From Octopus sinensis (taxonomy: Eukaryota): a DNA stretch of 64,000 bases. The translations under genes were made by a program, and so were the position numbers. The notes under the pieces were generated by a model, which saw only the letters and a program-made list of their open reading frames with translations, was not told where the DNA came from and did no database searches. The DNA lies in NCBI RefSeq assembly GCF_006345805.1, contig NC_043011.1, positions 28,594,464 through 28,658,463 on the forward strand, in the 5' to 3' direction. This document shows positions 51,557-64,000 of this stretch, in pieces. Position 1 is the first letter of the stretch. The number at the start of each line of letters is the position of its first letter.

Positions 51557-52542
51557 GTGTGTGTATTTATACATACATACATATATATATGTATATATAT
51601 ATTTATATATGTGTGTGTGCGCGCGACGTGTGAGTGTATGTATGTATATATTCTTTCATTCTTTTGTTATTCATACGTTTCAGCCCTCAGGTTGTGGCCA
51701 TGCTGGATCACCGCCAATATGTTTGTGTGTGTGTGTGTATGAATGTATATATATATTCATATACGCACATGTATAAATATATACGTATATATACATACAT
51801 GAATATGTGTGTGTGTGCATATATAAATATATAATCTTACATATGTGTATCTATGTACATGTATACACACACATACACACATACACATACACACACACAC
51901 AAACACACATATATATCTGGGAAGAGACAGTAAAGTTACAACCCTGGTCTGACAAGGTGTGATTAATTATAATTAATTCACTAATTATCGCATTGACGTT
52001 TATACTGTGCTGACAATTCTACGATTCAGTCGCGACGAAGTGTTGTTAATCACAAAACATCAAAAGAATATTTGAATTTTACAGTTTTCGGTAATCATTC
52101 TTCAGTGGATGGAAATTACCATCGCGAATGACATTTATTGTATTCCTCTATCTTTGTTTGTCTGGTTCTACCTCCGCTTATTTCTTTTATGCTTGGATCT
52201 TTATTTACTTCTCTCCTATTCTTCTCAGACGGCAAGTTTGATAGTAAACTTTATCGTTTATACCATCACTGTTTTGATTTTAATTGACTTGTTTGTTATT
52301 AGTTCCTTAGTTAGTCATATATTTAATTATGAATCGTATCTTTTTTTTTATATTTATCTACGTCTGTGTGGCCTCTGTGCTTCGGAGCTGGTTGGCCTCC
52401 AGCCACCAATCAGGTACTTACCACACTAATGTAGATGAACAGACGTATGCTCTCAGTTTCTCTCTCTTTCTCTTTCTCTCTTTCTATCTATCTATCTATA
52501 TATATATATGTGTGTGTGTGTGTGTGCGTGTGTTCGTGTGTG

Positions 52543-52581
<39 letters not shown>

Positions 52582-53463
52582 TAGTTGTTGAGTCTTGAGG
52601 AAAGGACACTTCTCAGTGGCAGTGCTGGCCCTTAGAGCGCAGGGAGTCTGATACTTCTAATAGTCCGTTTGAACTGCTGCGGGTCGATATTTGCAAGAAA
52701 CACATGAGCAGGGACGTGACTCCGCAGTGCCGACGCACTGAGGAGAAAGAAACGGGCATAAGGATTAGTACAGACTGAAGTCATATCGGAGGTACAAGAG
52801 CGTGGAAAGATAAGTGGATCTAGGATTCTGTTAGCTGGGGGCATGGGACTAACCTACCCCAAGAAACAGGCTATTACAATAGTGACGAAAATAGCAAAGG
52901 AAACATCACAGTTGTAGGACTCTGGTGGAGCACATCCAAAAACGATAGATACTGTCTTTTAGCTTTAAGTTAGCCCTGCTCGAAATCTACGACCAAATGA
53001 TTTCCAGCCATGACAATCGCGTACATGTTCTAAAAATTCAACATGTATGCATGGCCACATTATCCAATGTGATCTGACCCACTTTTTTTAGAAAATAACA
53101 ATGATTGATTTGAGGAAAATAGTGCTATTATTTTAGAGCAGGTCGACCGACCGTGCAGAGGCTAGCTCGTTGACTTGGACTATTCGTGTAATAAGAAATT
53201 GAGGACTAAGTAGCTTATTCCGGTTGGCTTTTCTTACGTCTCATATGTGACAGCGGTTGCCCCATTTAATGCCAGCTCCTGACTTTGGTGTCTTTAGTGG
53301 AATCCGCTCTGCTACAAGCATTCGGACCACGTGCCTGCTTTGAGAGTAGTAACCTGTTCCCTTCTTGAAAAGGTACGGTCATTGCCCTCCTCATCTGATT
53401 AAACCAAATAAAAACAGTCCGATTCTTCTAAAAGCCTATTTCTTCAATCGTTACTTGTTCGTA

Positions 53464-54039
53464 TTCCCTCTTTTACGGTACGTCGCCAATCTCCACGGTT
53501 GCTGGCAACTGCTTCCCAGTTGGTAATATTGATGTTGCAGGCCTTCGGGTCCTCTTTTCAAACATCCTTGTATCGTAAGAACAGTCTTCCCACAGACCTA
53601 GTGCCCCTAGAAAGCTCTCTGTAGAGTGTGTCCTTGGGGATTCTGCCATCTTCCATACGGCTAACATATCCAAGCCATCTCATACGTCTTTGTGTGTGGA
53701 GTGCAAACATGCTTGGTATTCCTGCTTGCTTGAGGACATCTTTGTTGCGGACATGATTCTGCCATTTGATGCCAAGGATTTTCCGGAACACAAAGGAGTG
53801 ACAGAGAGAGAGAGAGGAGAAATGGAAAGACAAGAAAGACGTCAACAAGAAACTATGATATTAGAACCAGCCAGGCAAAGTCTTTGCTACATTTGCGGCA
53901 CCTGCCAGAGGGAGTGTTTGTCCAGGATAGGACTACACAGCCACAGCAGGAGATGTATTAGGACATGAAATGTAAAAGCCGGACTAGATTATTTTATGCG
54001 CAACTCCATTGTCTCCCGCGACAAAAAAGGATGCCAACA
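53464..54039. mobile_element. RTE-clade LINE 3' fragment with 5' inversion
   Basis: Minus 53795-53464: RKILGIKWQ..RWLGYVSRMEDGRIPKD..WRRTVKEG. Plus 53792-54039: CYICGTCQRECLSRIGLHSHSRRC*, 3' UTR and CAACAA tail. TSD ACTTGTTCGTA at 53453-53463 and 54040-54050. Confidence 0.9.
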
Positions 54040-54639
54040 ACTTGTTCGTAATACTTTCATTTTGGAAACACTGCAGACCAATATTTCTTCTAACCCGAAT
54101 CTGAGATCAAATTTTGATACTTCTAAAATTTCACTGAGTTCTTGACTTATATTTCTAATGCACTTAAGAATTTGATTATCTATGTGAATAGTACATAAGC
54201 AACCTTTTCGTAAGCCACCTTCACGAATCCTATATCCAGCACTGAAATTAACGGTGTTAAATTATCTATTATTGGTGAATTCCCATGACAAAAAATCATA
54301 TAACTTCCTCACTTGAAGGTGAGACAAAAATATATAAAACATTGCATTTAGGTGAGACTGATAGAATATTGGCCACTTTTAAGTAACACAAATATATCAT
54401 CAATAAAAAGAAAAGCAGATGCTTTTATAGAATGAACCTGTAAGTTATACAGTATATGAATTTAAATAATAGCAAGCCGCATATCAATTCACATTATGTC
54501 ACTGTTTCGTTTAGTTGATATAATGTACAAAAGAGATTGCATGTAATTTATATTCCATCAAGCTACCAAGAAGGCGGTAAATATGGAAATTGGTGTATCC
54601 AGTATATTCTATCTAATATCAGTGAATATATAAGTCGGC

Positions 54640-54830
54640 AAGCTCAGCAGAATCGCTACCGCGCAGGAGAAAATGGTTAATAGCATTTCGACTGTCCTTA
54701 CATTCTGTGTTCAAATTCCGCCGATCCTTTTCGGGGTCGATAAAATAAGTATCAGTTGTGCAGTGGGGACGATATAGTCGACTTAGCCCCTCCCCAACGA
54801 AATTGATTGCCTTGTAGCAAAATTTTAAAT
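54640..54830. mobile_element. Degenerate SINE E
   Basis: B box and atcctttcggggtcgataaaataagt module. Confidence 0.6.
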
Positions 54831-55100
54831 CAATATTGGTGAATAGATAAGCAGTGCCTTCGTGGTAGACTAAAAAAGGTGCCCAACTGCTGACGAGATT
54901 CAAAACAGAACGGAGATGTACAGCCGTTCTTTCTTTTACTATCGATAAGCATATCATATTTGCATGTAAATACAATGCTTACATTCGTCGTGATATTATA
55001 GTGTTAACTAAAAAAATCTATAGATAGACTCTTTTCTACGTTATAACAAAGAAACAAAACAATGTAAATACACTAGTATTTTAATACGCACACGCACACA

Positions 55101-55471
55101 CAGGGTGTGGTGGTTAAACTGTCCTCTAAATTACGCAAAAATGAACATAACACTGACATCCCATTTTAACTGATATATTTACCAAAATTACATAGAAATA
55201 TCTTGAAGTACTAAAGAGTAAATTTATTCAATAAAACCACCACTGGCCTCATCCATGGCCTCCAGACGACTTCGGAATCCCCTGTAACTTTGTGGATACC
55301 ATGTCGTTTCCAAATTACTGGTAGAGTGAATTACGTCGTGGTGCTGCTTTTTTTTTCACAGACGATGCCCAACTGACCCTACCATACTGTATAGTCGAAA
55401 AAATCAAAAACAATACGCATGCGCGAAATTAAACGTATATAATGTGGCGACAATTTACCTATCGCACCCAG
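55101..55471. mobile_element. Tc1/mariner-type MITE (decayed)
   Basis: Imperfect terminal inverted repeats CAGGGTGTGGTGGTTAAACTGTC vs CTGGGTGCGATAGGTAAATTGTC; right end followed by TA. Confidence 0.4.
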
Positions 55472-55510
<39 letters not shown>

Positions 55511-56463
55511 ATACAAGCTTTGAAATTACTTCAGTAATATTTTGTCGTTCACCAGCCATTCGTTAATGCACATAAGATTTTTACTGTTTCTTTGCCTTCT
55601 AATGTTACATATAATATATTCATCTTTTGTCTATAAAATCTATCATTTGGGTTTTATAGACCTCAGCAGGACTATCACAGTTATTGTTCCTACGTTTACC
55701 AGTTTCGTTGGTTATTAAACAGTTGCTATTAAATCTCCCACTTTTTTTTTTTTTTTTTGCTAGAAGTGATAAATGTTGATTGATTTCATAATACGATACA
55801 ATGGCCTTTCATTTTTGTATAAATGTCTGTATAACAACTGAGAAGCGATCGTAAACGAAGTGCTTAGAAACCAGCGTCCTATAAAATAGTAATTGCCTGA
55901 GTCGGCAAAAATTCATGGAATAAAGTTTGCTCTTTTGGATAACGATATGTGATATGTAAGTACTGATAGTGATTGTATAGACCGAAGGATTCGAAAATTT
56001 CAGTGATTTTCCCATCCTCTTTCCATTCCGTTTAAGTACACGACATCATTATGTTTCCTTGCCGACTGTATAACATAAGATATCAACGTATAAGATATCA
56101 AGGGACAGATAAACTCAACATAAGTCAAAACGTCGAATTAGAAATTTATATATCTGTATATATATATATATATATATATATAAGAACAAGTAGAAAGATA
56201 AATTTTATTCAACGCATAGATACTGAACAGTATATATATATAAAGGATAAAATCTTTTTTTCTGCTTTAAAAAGAAAAACGGGTGTCAAAGTCATCGTAC
56301 CGTACTGCTTAAGTTCATCGTTACTGGAGTGTATCATAACATTGAAACGATCACCTCACCACTATTAGAGCAGTATCGTAACACTGAAAAGTCCTAATTC
56401 AACAATAGGAGACCGAGGGTGCTTGTATTTAAATTTAAAAATTTGTGACACGCCTAACTATTG

Positions 56464-56762
56464 CTGTTGTTGTTGTTTGTTCCTTCTCGAGCACGCCTGG
56501 CTCATAAGGGCCGGTTTCCCGGTTTTCTTGGCGTATAGGTTCCCCACCGGTCCGTTGCAGGTGAGCTGCAAGATGCAAGAGGGAAGAGTGAGAGAAAGTT
56601 GTGGCGAAAGAGTCAGCAGAAGTTCGCCATTACTTTCTGCCGGAGCCGCGTTGAGCTTAGGTATTTCGCTCATAAACACACACATCGCCCGGTCTGAGAT
56701 TCGAACCCGCAATCCCTCGACCGCGAGTCCGCTACTCTAGCAACTAGGTCATGTGCCTCCAC
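56464..56762 (-). mobile_element. SINE type D, full length
   Basis: 11-bp TSD CCTAACTATTG at 56453-56463 and 56763-56773. Confidence 0.92.
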
Positions 56763-56989
56763 CCTAACTATTGTAATCAACCTTTATTAGCAAACTAGGA
56801 TGGCTTGAGCATGCGTACTCTATTTTGCTTTTTCTTGTGTTGGTGTAGTTGTAGTTAAATATGGGCATCCTCTCGCCCCGCTCACTCTTGATTCAATAAA
56901 ACATTCAGGATATGACAGATGGTGTTAGACAGACAGACAGACAGATATACTGACAGCTAGTCAAGCAGGCAGAGTTGCACCAACCCTTC

Positions 56990-57140
56990 GCTGGTACTCA
57001 TTACAGCTGACTTAACTGGAACAGCGCAAAATGAAGTGCCTTGCTCAAGGACACAACGTGATGCCCATTTCAGGAATGGAGCTCACAACATTTGATCGCG
57101 AGCCCAAACCTCGATCACCTGGTCATGAGCCTTCTCTACT
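56990..57140 (-). mobile_element. Degenerate SINE B
   Basis: aaatgaagtgccttgctcaaggacacaacg block. Confidence 0.55.
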
Positions 57141-57843
57141 AGAAGTTGATTATGATTTTATTCAACATACCCACCTCTCAGATTCACACATTTATTGCAG
57201 CGGTACTTCAGTTTTCCTAAGCCCTGCAAAAGAACACAGAATGGTGAGCCTCCAGCCAGGCCTTTCCCGTTAACCTTAAAACCAGGAACTTTTCAGTACC
57301 CCTTCGTAAGCATTTACATGTCTATCTCATGAAATAATTCAATGACATTTTAGTTCGGTTGATCGGAAAACCGAATGCTCATGGTCGACAACGACGGAGT
57401 TCAATGCAATTTTAATTTTATTTATTTATATTTATTTTTTCCTTTGGTAATGCATGTTTATTATTTTTTCTTAAAATAAATTGTAAATAAATTAAGCTTG
57501 CTGTGGAGCGGTACATTTGAGATCAAAACAAAATTTTAATTATTAGTGCATTTGCTTTAGAAAGTTAAAAATTAATGACGCATTTCACATGGAAAATGTT
57601 TTTAAAAAAATGTTTTAAAGACAAAACAGTATCTAAAGTTAAAAATGCAGACATGAGCGGTTTTACGCTAGAGGTTAACACAAACTATTGCATAACATTT
57701 CAAAATATTCAGATATGTTATCATGACTTGTCTAAAAACATCTTATTTTTAATTCTTCGCAGCACATCGAAATTCTAGTCGCGGTGCACCGGTCAGTGTA
57801 ATGCGGCGTAGTGTTTAAGAACCACTAATACATGTGTGTACGT

Positions 57844-57875
<32 letters not shown>

Positions 57876-57881
57876 TGCATG

Positions 57882-57925
<44 letters not shown>

Positions 57926-57982
57926 ATATATGTATAGTGTATGTATTTATGTATGTATGTATATAATATATTATATATATAT

Positions 57983-58023
<41 letters not shown>

Positions 58024-58056
58024 TTTAAACCTCATTTCCAAATATATTTAATAAGA

Positions 58057-58320
58057 AAGTGGGCAATTTTCATGGTCGACTGCTTTATGATTAGAAGCAA
58101 AAGTAACGATGACCTTCCATGATTTCTTGAATTAATAAAAAGCATTCATGAATCGATCCGGTTCAATATGGAAATTAATGGAACGGAACCATCTTTTCTA
58201 GATATTCTAATAATTAAAGAAAACGAGACAGTTACAAACGATCTCTTCTGTAAAGACATAGGCGCACGCCAATATTTAGATTTTAAATCTTACCACCCTT
58301 TCCATACAAGAAAGAACATA
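58057..58320 (+). pseudogene. Decayed PLE reverse transcriptase fragment
   Basis: KWAIFMVDCF (degenerate xxDD motif)..DLP*FLELIKSIHESIRFNME..SFLDILI..QYLDFKSYHPFHTRKNI. Confidence 0.72.
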
Positions 58321-58393
58321 CTGGTTGCGGACAAAAGCAAAGTCGCATGCAAGCACACTCGTGTATATATATGTGTATATATATATATATATA

Positions 58394-59409
58394 TGACCCT
58401 ACCTCCCAACCCGGCTCGTTCCCCTGCTCCCGCCCACGTTGCCGCACTTGCCCTTACCTCTCCAACACCACCCGCCTCACTAGCACCCACCATCGACCCT
58501 ATCCCATCATCCACTCCTTCACCTGCACCTCCAGCAATATTATCTATTGCATCTCTTGCTCTCTCTGCAATTCCTTGTACATCGGACAAACGGGACGCCG
58601 CTTGGCTGACCGGTTCGCGGAACACCTTCGTGACATCCACCTTGCGAACGACACACCGGTCTCACGCCATTTCCGCTCCACCGGTCACTCCTTGCAACAC
58701 CTATCTGTGTTCGGTTGTCCTTACACAGAGGCCATCCGGATTCCCGTTTGCGCCGTGAACAGGAATTAATCTTCTCTCTTCGCTCTTATACGCCATTTGG
58801 TCTCAACTCTCCCCCCCTCCTCATCTAACCCCCCTTCCCCCCCCCTCCTCACCTATCCTTTCTCCCCCCGACCCCTACTTCTTCAGTCCTTCATACCTTT
58901 CACCCACTCCCCTTCCCTTCTTCCCTCTTTCTTTTCCCCTCCCTCTTCCCTTCCTCTGCTCCCTCACTCCCTCTCTCCCTTCTCTCTCTCCCCCTCTCCC
59001 TCTTTCCTCCTTCATCCCCCTCCTCACCTTCCTTCTCCCCCATCGTCTCCTCTTCCCCCTTCTCCTCCCCCTCTTCTTCCCCTCCCCTTCTCTCCCCCCT
59101 CTCTCCCCTCCCCCTCTTCCCTCACTACACCACATGACTTTACACATCACATCACATATGATGTGCCATACTAATACACACACCAACTAATACATACTAA
59201 TACGTACTAATACATACTAGTACATACTAATACTTACACCAACCCTATACATACACACGTCCGACCCCGCATACGCACTTATACTCTCTCTCACACACAC
59301 ACACACCTATACATACCAATACGTACTAATACATACTAATACATACTAATACATACACCAACCCCATACATACGCACGTCCAGACCAATCTTACGCACTA
59401 ATACTCTCT

Positions 59410-59444
<35 letters not shown>

Positions 59445-59814
59445 GTATACATACTAATACATACACCAACCCTATACATACACACATCCAGACCCCTCCC
59501 ACGCACTTTTAGCTGGTCACTAAACCCTTTTATCAACCCTATTATCTCCCCTTATTTCGCTCTCGCGTCTCATGTTTGATCTTTGACCTCTGGCCGAAAT
59601 CAGATCGCCATGTTGATTCGTTAGCTACTGCACGCATTTTTTTTTTCTCTCCTTCTTTCTGTGTTTTTTCTCTCTCTGTGTATCTTTCTGTTGAAGAGCG
59701 TAGGCTCGAAACGTTAAAGACTTGTTTTATTTATATTCCTGAGCGCCATACTAATACAATTGTTCGTTTGTCTTCCACCTGCCTTCGTCTTTTGTTTATT
59801 CATAAAGCTTCCCG

Positions 59815-59816
<2 letters not shown>
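58394..59816 (+). mobile_element. PLE family B, second copy (more truncated, 1-nt frameshift near 58715)
   Basis: Near-identical to 30632-32099; (TA)n on both sides. Confidence 0.92.
59683..59720 (+). ncRNA. Minimal hammerhead-like motif, A6U variant
   Basis: Identical to 31963-32000. Confidence 0.65.
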
Positions 59817-59860
<44 letters not shown>

Positions 59861-59866
<6 letters not shown>

Positions 59867-59960
59867 TCCTTCCCTTCTTTCCTGAGCGTCCAATAATACT
59901 TTATTTGTTCACGTCCTCGCGTTGCTGTGTTTCTTTGTGTTTTCTTGTTTGATTAACTTT
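59861..59960 (+). mobile_element. 3' part of a PLE-type terminal repeat
   Basis: Homologous to the reverse complement of 10643-10715; between (TA)n runs. Confidence 0.6.
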
Positions 59961-59967
59961 ATATATA

Positions 59968-60010
<43 letters not shown>

Positions 60011-60223
60011 CAAATATTGATGTCTGTGGAGACTTATTTTTGTAGTAAATGGTAACCCTTTGGCTGCTATTTCTAATATTTTCGGTATGTGGTTTAAGCA
60101 ACTTGTTTATATGATTATATAAATTTTTACTGAATATGGTCCTTTTCCATACCGAAATACTACTAGGTGAAATTTGTTTATTTTATTAAATTAATTATAT
60201 TTCACCCTATATCTATCTATCTA

Positions 60224-60277
<54 letters not shown>

Positions 60278-60284
60278 TATACAG

Positions 60285-60395
60285 AGACACGACGGGTTTC
60301 TTTCAGTTACTGGTCTACGAAATCGGCTCACAGGGGAACCAAACCCGGAATTACGTGGCTGGTAAGCTTACATCTTACCACACAGACACACTGAA
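60285..60395 (-). mobile_element. SINE A 5' half with internal deletion
   Basis: cgacgggtttctttcagtt..aacccgg..cttaccacacag. Confidence 0.6.
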
Positions 60396-61076
60396 GCTAA
60401 ACTTCTTCGTATGTTTTTGAATGAATATCATGTGTCTTCCACACTAAAATTATCAAAATATTAAGGCTGTTGATTGAATTGCAGAGATGTTAAAGCCTTC
60501 AGTGTGTAGGAACTCGTTGAAAATCTGTAATCCTGTAGTTTTCGTGTATCGTAGAAAATGTTATTGTATTTTTCTATAACAGATATCTTCAAATTTAGGG
60601 ATAATTCACAGTACTTCAGTTGCACAGTCCATATGTTTATCTAAATCATCCAGATTTCTAGTCGCTAATTTCATTCACTCTCGTTATTCACGAATTTGTG
60701 ATTACTGAACATGATTATCCAAAACTCTGACCATGTTATCCGCTGCTCTAATGAATATTCTATCTAATGCAACAAATTATGTTCAGTTGTCAACTAATAA
60801 TGTTAGCTGAGAGATTAAGCCTAAATCTCTGAAACGGTTTAATCAGATTAGAGACACATTTGTACCTGCTTCTAGAAATATATTAGCTCGTATATAATCC
60901 CAGTCGAAGATGTATTGTCTTCCATGAACATTTGTAAATGTGATGTTTCTGAAAAATGTCTTCCAATGGCTCAGTAAATCTGTTTACTCCGTTGCATGGA
61001 AAAAATCCCTTTGTTTGCTAACAAATAGAATTGAAGAAAAACTTTTGGGCTTTAATGAAGACTACTACATCTTATC

Positions 61077-61335
61077 GTGGAAGCGCGTGGCTTAGTGGTT
61101 AGGGTGTCAGCACCATGATCGTAAGATTGTGGTTTCGATTCCTGGACCGGGCGACGCGTTGTGTTCTTGAGCAAAACACTTCATTTCACGTTGCTCCAGT
61201 CCACTCAGCTGGCAAAAATGAGTAACGCTGCGATGGACTGGTGTCCCGTCCAGCTGGGGAACACATACGCCATAGAAACCGGGAAACCGGGCCTATGAGC
61301 CTGGCTAGGCTTTAAAAGGGCGCATTTATTTTTAT
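61077..61335 (+). mobile_element. SINE type B, full length
   Basis: A box TGGCTTAGTGG, B box GGTTTCGATTCC; homologous to 6973-7232. Confidence 0.92.
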
Positions 61336-61622
61336 TTATCACTTACCTTTAATCTAGCTATCATTGAACTGACAATGAAGGAAAAAGAGCTCTTAATAGT
61401 TACATGGGAGCTGAGTAGGGCTTTTGGTTTACCAGTGACATTTGATAAATATAGACATTGAAACCTGAAAGTGCATAACAAATGACCCATATTTTAAAAT
61501 AGTCTTACCGGAGAGTAATATGTTTTACACGTAAATTGAGATTGCAACCTTCACATTAGAACTAACACTCTAGCGCGCGCACGCACACACACACACATAT
61601 ACATGTGCGTATATATATATAT

Positions 61623-61735
61623 GGAATAAGTACTAGGCTTCAAAATTAATAAGTCCAAGAGTCTATTTGTTCAACTAAAACCTCTCAGAGCAGCACCCCA
61701 GCATGACCAAAGTCAAATGACTGAAATGGGTAAAC
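61623..61735 (+). mobile_element. SINE A tail fragment
   Basis: aataagtactaggctt..cagcatgacc..gtcaaatgactgaaa. Confidence 0.65.
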
Positions 61736-61787
61736 GATTAAAAAAAAGTATAGATAGATAGATAGATAGATAGATAGACAGATAGAC

Positions 61788-61831
<44 letters not shown>

Positions 61832-61902
61832 GGATAGATAGATATGGATATTATTTGTGTGTGTGTGTGTAGGAGTGGCTGTGTGGTAAGTAGCTTGCTT
61901 AC

Positions 61903-63929
61903 TTCAGTACAGAGTGGACGCGTTTTTTTTTTCGCAGTGGAAGTCACGTCGGTGTATGTCAGCGTTGTGAAATAGTGAAGCACGACTACTAGGTAAGACA
62001 TCTGTTTGGGGGGGGGCCTAGTGGGGTCTGTTGCTCGTATTATTTAATTTTTCGAACAAGAGGTTCCATGCACTTGTCTGCCAGTGGTCGAGCTTAAAGT
62101 CTCACTTAGTTGTGAGAAGTTTGTTTTGGAGCGTATCCCTCCTGAATTGCGTTAACGCTAGTTTTTTACTGGTATTCTGACTGTTTTTGTGCCGTGGATT
62201 ACCATTTTGAACCGGAGTACCGGGACGGCCAGGAAAATTACTGGGTTTTTTTTTTTTTTGTGTGTAACTCACTTAATTGTGAGAAACCAAAATCGAATTT
62301 TGTGCTGCGATGGAACACGGTAGATTACCTGAGTAGCAGAATTGTGTTGTCATTTGAACTGTCTTCCTTCGTTCTGTTTCTCTCCTCTGTCTTTCCATTC
62401 TTTTTTGTATTTATTTACATTTTATTTATTTTTCGTCAATATGGCAGCAAAAAATACTCTTTTGGGGTGGCAAATAGTGGCCCCCAAACAGTGGTTGCAA
62501 AATTTTTCTGAGAGAACGGTGGTGTTAAGAACCTATTCTAAGGTTCTTGACACCATCACTGTGTTCTCGCAGACAGACATTAAAAAAGAGTTGGCGGAGT
62601 ACCTGCCAACGATTAAGTTTATCGAAAGGGGTGTTAAATACGCGACAGTGTGTGTGTTGTTTGGCACTCCTGCAAAGGCTCGGGCTTTCGCGAGCAGACC
62701 ATTAGAAGAGGAGAAAATTTTGCTTCTCCCCATTTATGAAGGGAGGAGACTGACAAGAGCTTGGGCGTGTGGGTTGCCACCCGGTATAGAACCCGAATGG
62801 ATAGAAGACGCTATCCGTCGGGGTCTGGGTGGAAGCACTGCCAGGCTCTTGAATGTCAGAATTCTTCCTGAGGCTGATTGGGTAGGGTCAAAAGCAATTT
62901 TGGCCCTATGGACCCAATCAGCCGATGACCTGGTTTTGCCAGATTTTCTAACAATGGCCGGTTCCAGGTGCCCGGTGATCCTTGAGGGAAGCCCCACCCA
63001 CCCAGTGTCACCTGTGTCTGGAATTTGACCACATAAAAAAACTGCCGCCGGGACCAAGCAAAAGTCCTGGAACAGTTAATAGAAGAGCTCTCTGCTCCCC
63101 CATTGGAGGGGAGGGAGAAAGTCGAGGGGAGGCAACCCCATCGAAAAAGAAAGGGAGAAAAAGAAAGAAGGTGAGTAACAATGGCTGCCCACCAATGGAT
63201 CCTGAGGCGGCGGGAGGAATGGAAGGACTTCCAGACAAGAGGGATGAACTCCATCCTCCTATCGTGAAGGAAAAGAAGAAACGTAAAAAGAAGAAGAACG
63301 GGACATTGCCGGCGGTTGATGGTGAATCGCAGGCACGCCCGAAAACTTTGTCGGCGGGATGTGTGCAAGCGACAGAGGAAACAGCGGCCCCTCCCAGAAG
63401 GAGGAAAGATGATTTTGTCATCTTTTTCCAGAAAAGATGGGCAGTACCGAGCTTCGTAGAGAAGCTAGATGACCGGGGAGAGGAACCCATGCCCTGGACA
63501 GGGGACGAGGATTGGCCTTCGCAGGTGACTATGAAGGATGTCGGTATGTTCAGTGTGATGGGCGTCTTCTCGAAGGACATGTTCAGATTTGCATTCTGGG
63601 GCGCCGACCTGGATCTGGAGCAGTGCCTAAGGGTAGCGTACAGCCTGGTCGGAGAGGATGATTCAGTTTTGTGACCTATGTCATTATTTGTAATGGACTG
63701 TGAAGTCCAAAACTTTTTTTAAATTGTAAAAACTGTAAGAGGTTTAATACCTCGTTTTGTGTTTGTTTTCAAAGAGCAATGTTTTAGAGAAGCAAAATCG
63801 GCGGACGCTTTTGTCATCTCCCATCCTTATCATCTTTGTTTCGTTAACATTCATGTCATTAATGTCTTTGTCCAGCCCGCAAAGCTACTATACTCTATGT
63901 ACTGCCTTTATGGCAAATATAATGAAATA
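61903..63929 (+). mobile_element. ORF1-only, non-autonomous LINE-like element (L1/Tx1-like by inference)
   Basis: 15-bp TSD AAGTAGCTTGCTTAC at 61888-61902 and 63930-63944. About 540-bp leader, one ORF, about 255-bp trailer ending in AATAAA. No RT or endonuclease. Confidence 0.8.
62441..63674 (+). CDS. LINE ORF1/gag-like protein, frameshifted (alpha/beta domain, CCHC knuckle, Lys-rich tail)
   Basis: ATG at 62441. VILEGSP|PTQCHLCLEFDHIKK.C zinc knuckle with frameshifts at homopolymers near 62995 and 63040. Basic low-complexity C-half. Confidence 0.65.
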
Positions 63930-64000
63930 AAGTAGCTTGCTTACGAACCACATGGTTCCGGGTTCTGTCCCACTGCGTGGCATCTTGGGCAAGTGTCTTC

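Larger units (their letters stand above)
61870..64000 (+). mobile_element. SINE A whose head is split by a 2-kb insertion; continues past the window end
   Basis: Head at 61870-61902 resumes at 63930-64000. Confidence 0.9.

Noticed and set aside
60078-60165. TA-flanked unit with CTGAATA..CCGAAAT and a 10-bp inverted repeat
   Set aside because: G8 is lost and stems I and III do not form; possibly a decayed PLE terminus.
60400-61060. Possible fossil hAT transposase on the minus strand
   Set aside because: Only scattered short similarities across several frames.
61077-61150. tRNA genes
   Set aside because: All A/B-box sequences are SINE heads with no cloverleaf or acceptor stem.
61990-62445. 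Intron in the leader of the ORF1-only element (GGTAAGA donor, pyrimidine tract)
   Set aside because: The first AG after the tract lies downstream of the ATG; unsupported without RNA data.

Overview
Eukaryotic, AT-rich, microsatellite-saturated DNA in which I can support no host gene. The SINE families and microsatellite spectrum look like an Octopus genome (recognition from memory, not checked). Nearly all ORF-track entries are translated microsatellites or SINE sequence. The real content is retroelements: (1) about 35 copies or fragments of five tRNA-headed SINE types (my labels A-E), several with clear target-site duplications (TSDs); (2) LINE fragments of the CR1/L2 group, R4/Dong and RTE, one RTE being 5'-inverted between 11-bp TSDs; (3) several Penelope-like element (PLE) fragments and ORF-less termini stacked in (TA)n arrays; (4) six foldable minimal hammerhead ribozymes from four unrelated families, with canonical, U3-A8 and A6U cores. 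Best leads: a 2.0-kb ORF1-only LINE-like element inserted with a 15-bp TSD into a SINE tRNA head (61903-63929); a 360-bp terminally redundant, hammerhead-bearing, fold-back element (45764-46295); a perfect 240-bp inverted duplication enclosing another hammerhead element (12258-13483); and a hairpin-repeat/decamer-spacer array (46322-47115). Coordinates were read by eye, so SINE, LINE and microsatellite boundaries are approximate.
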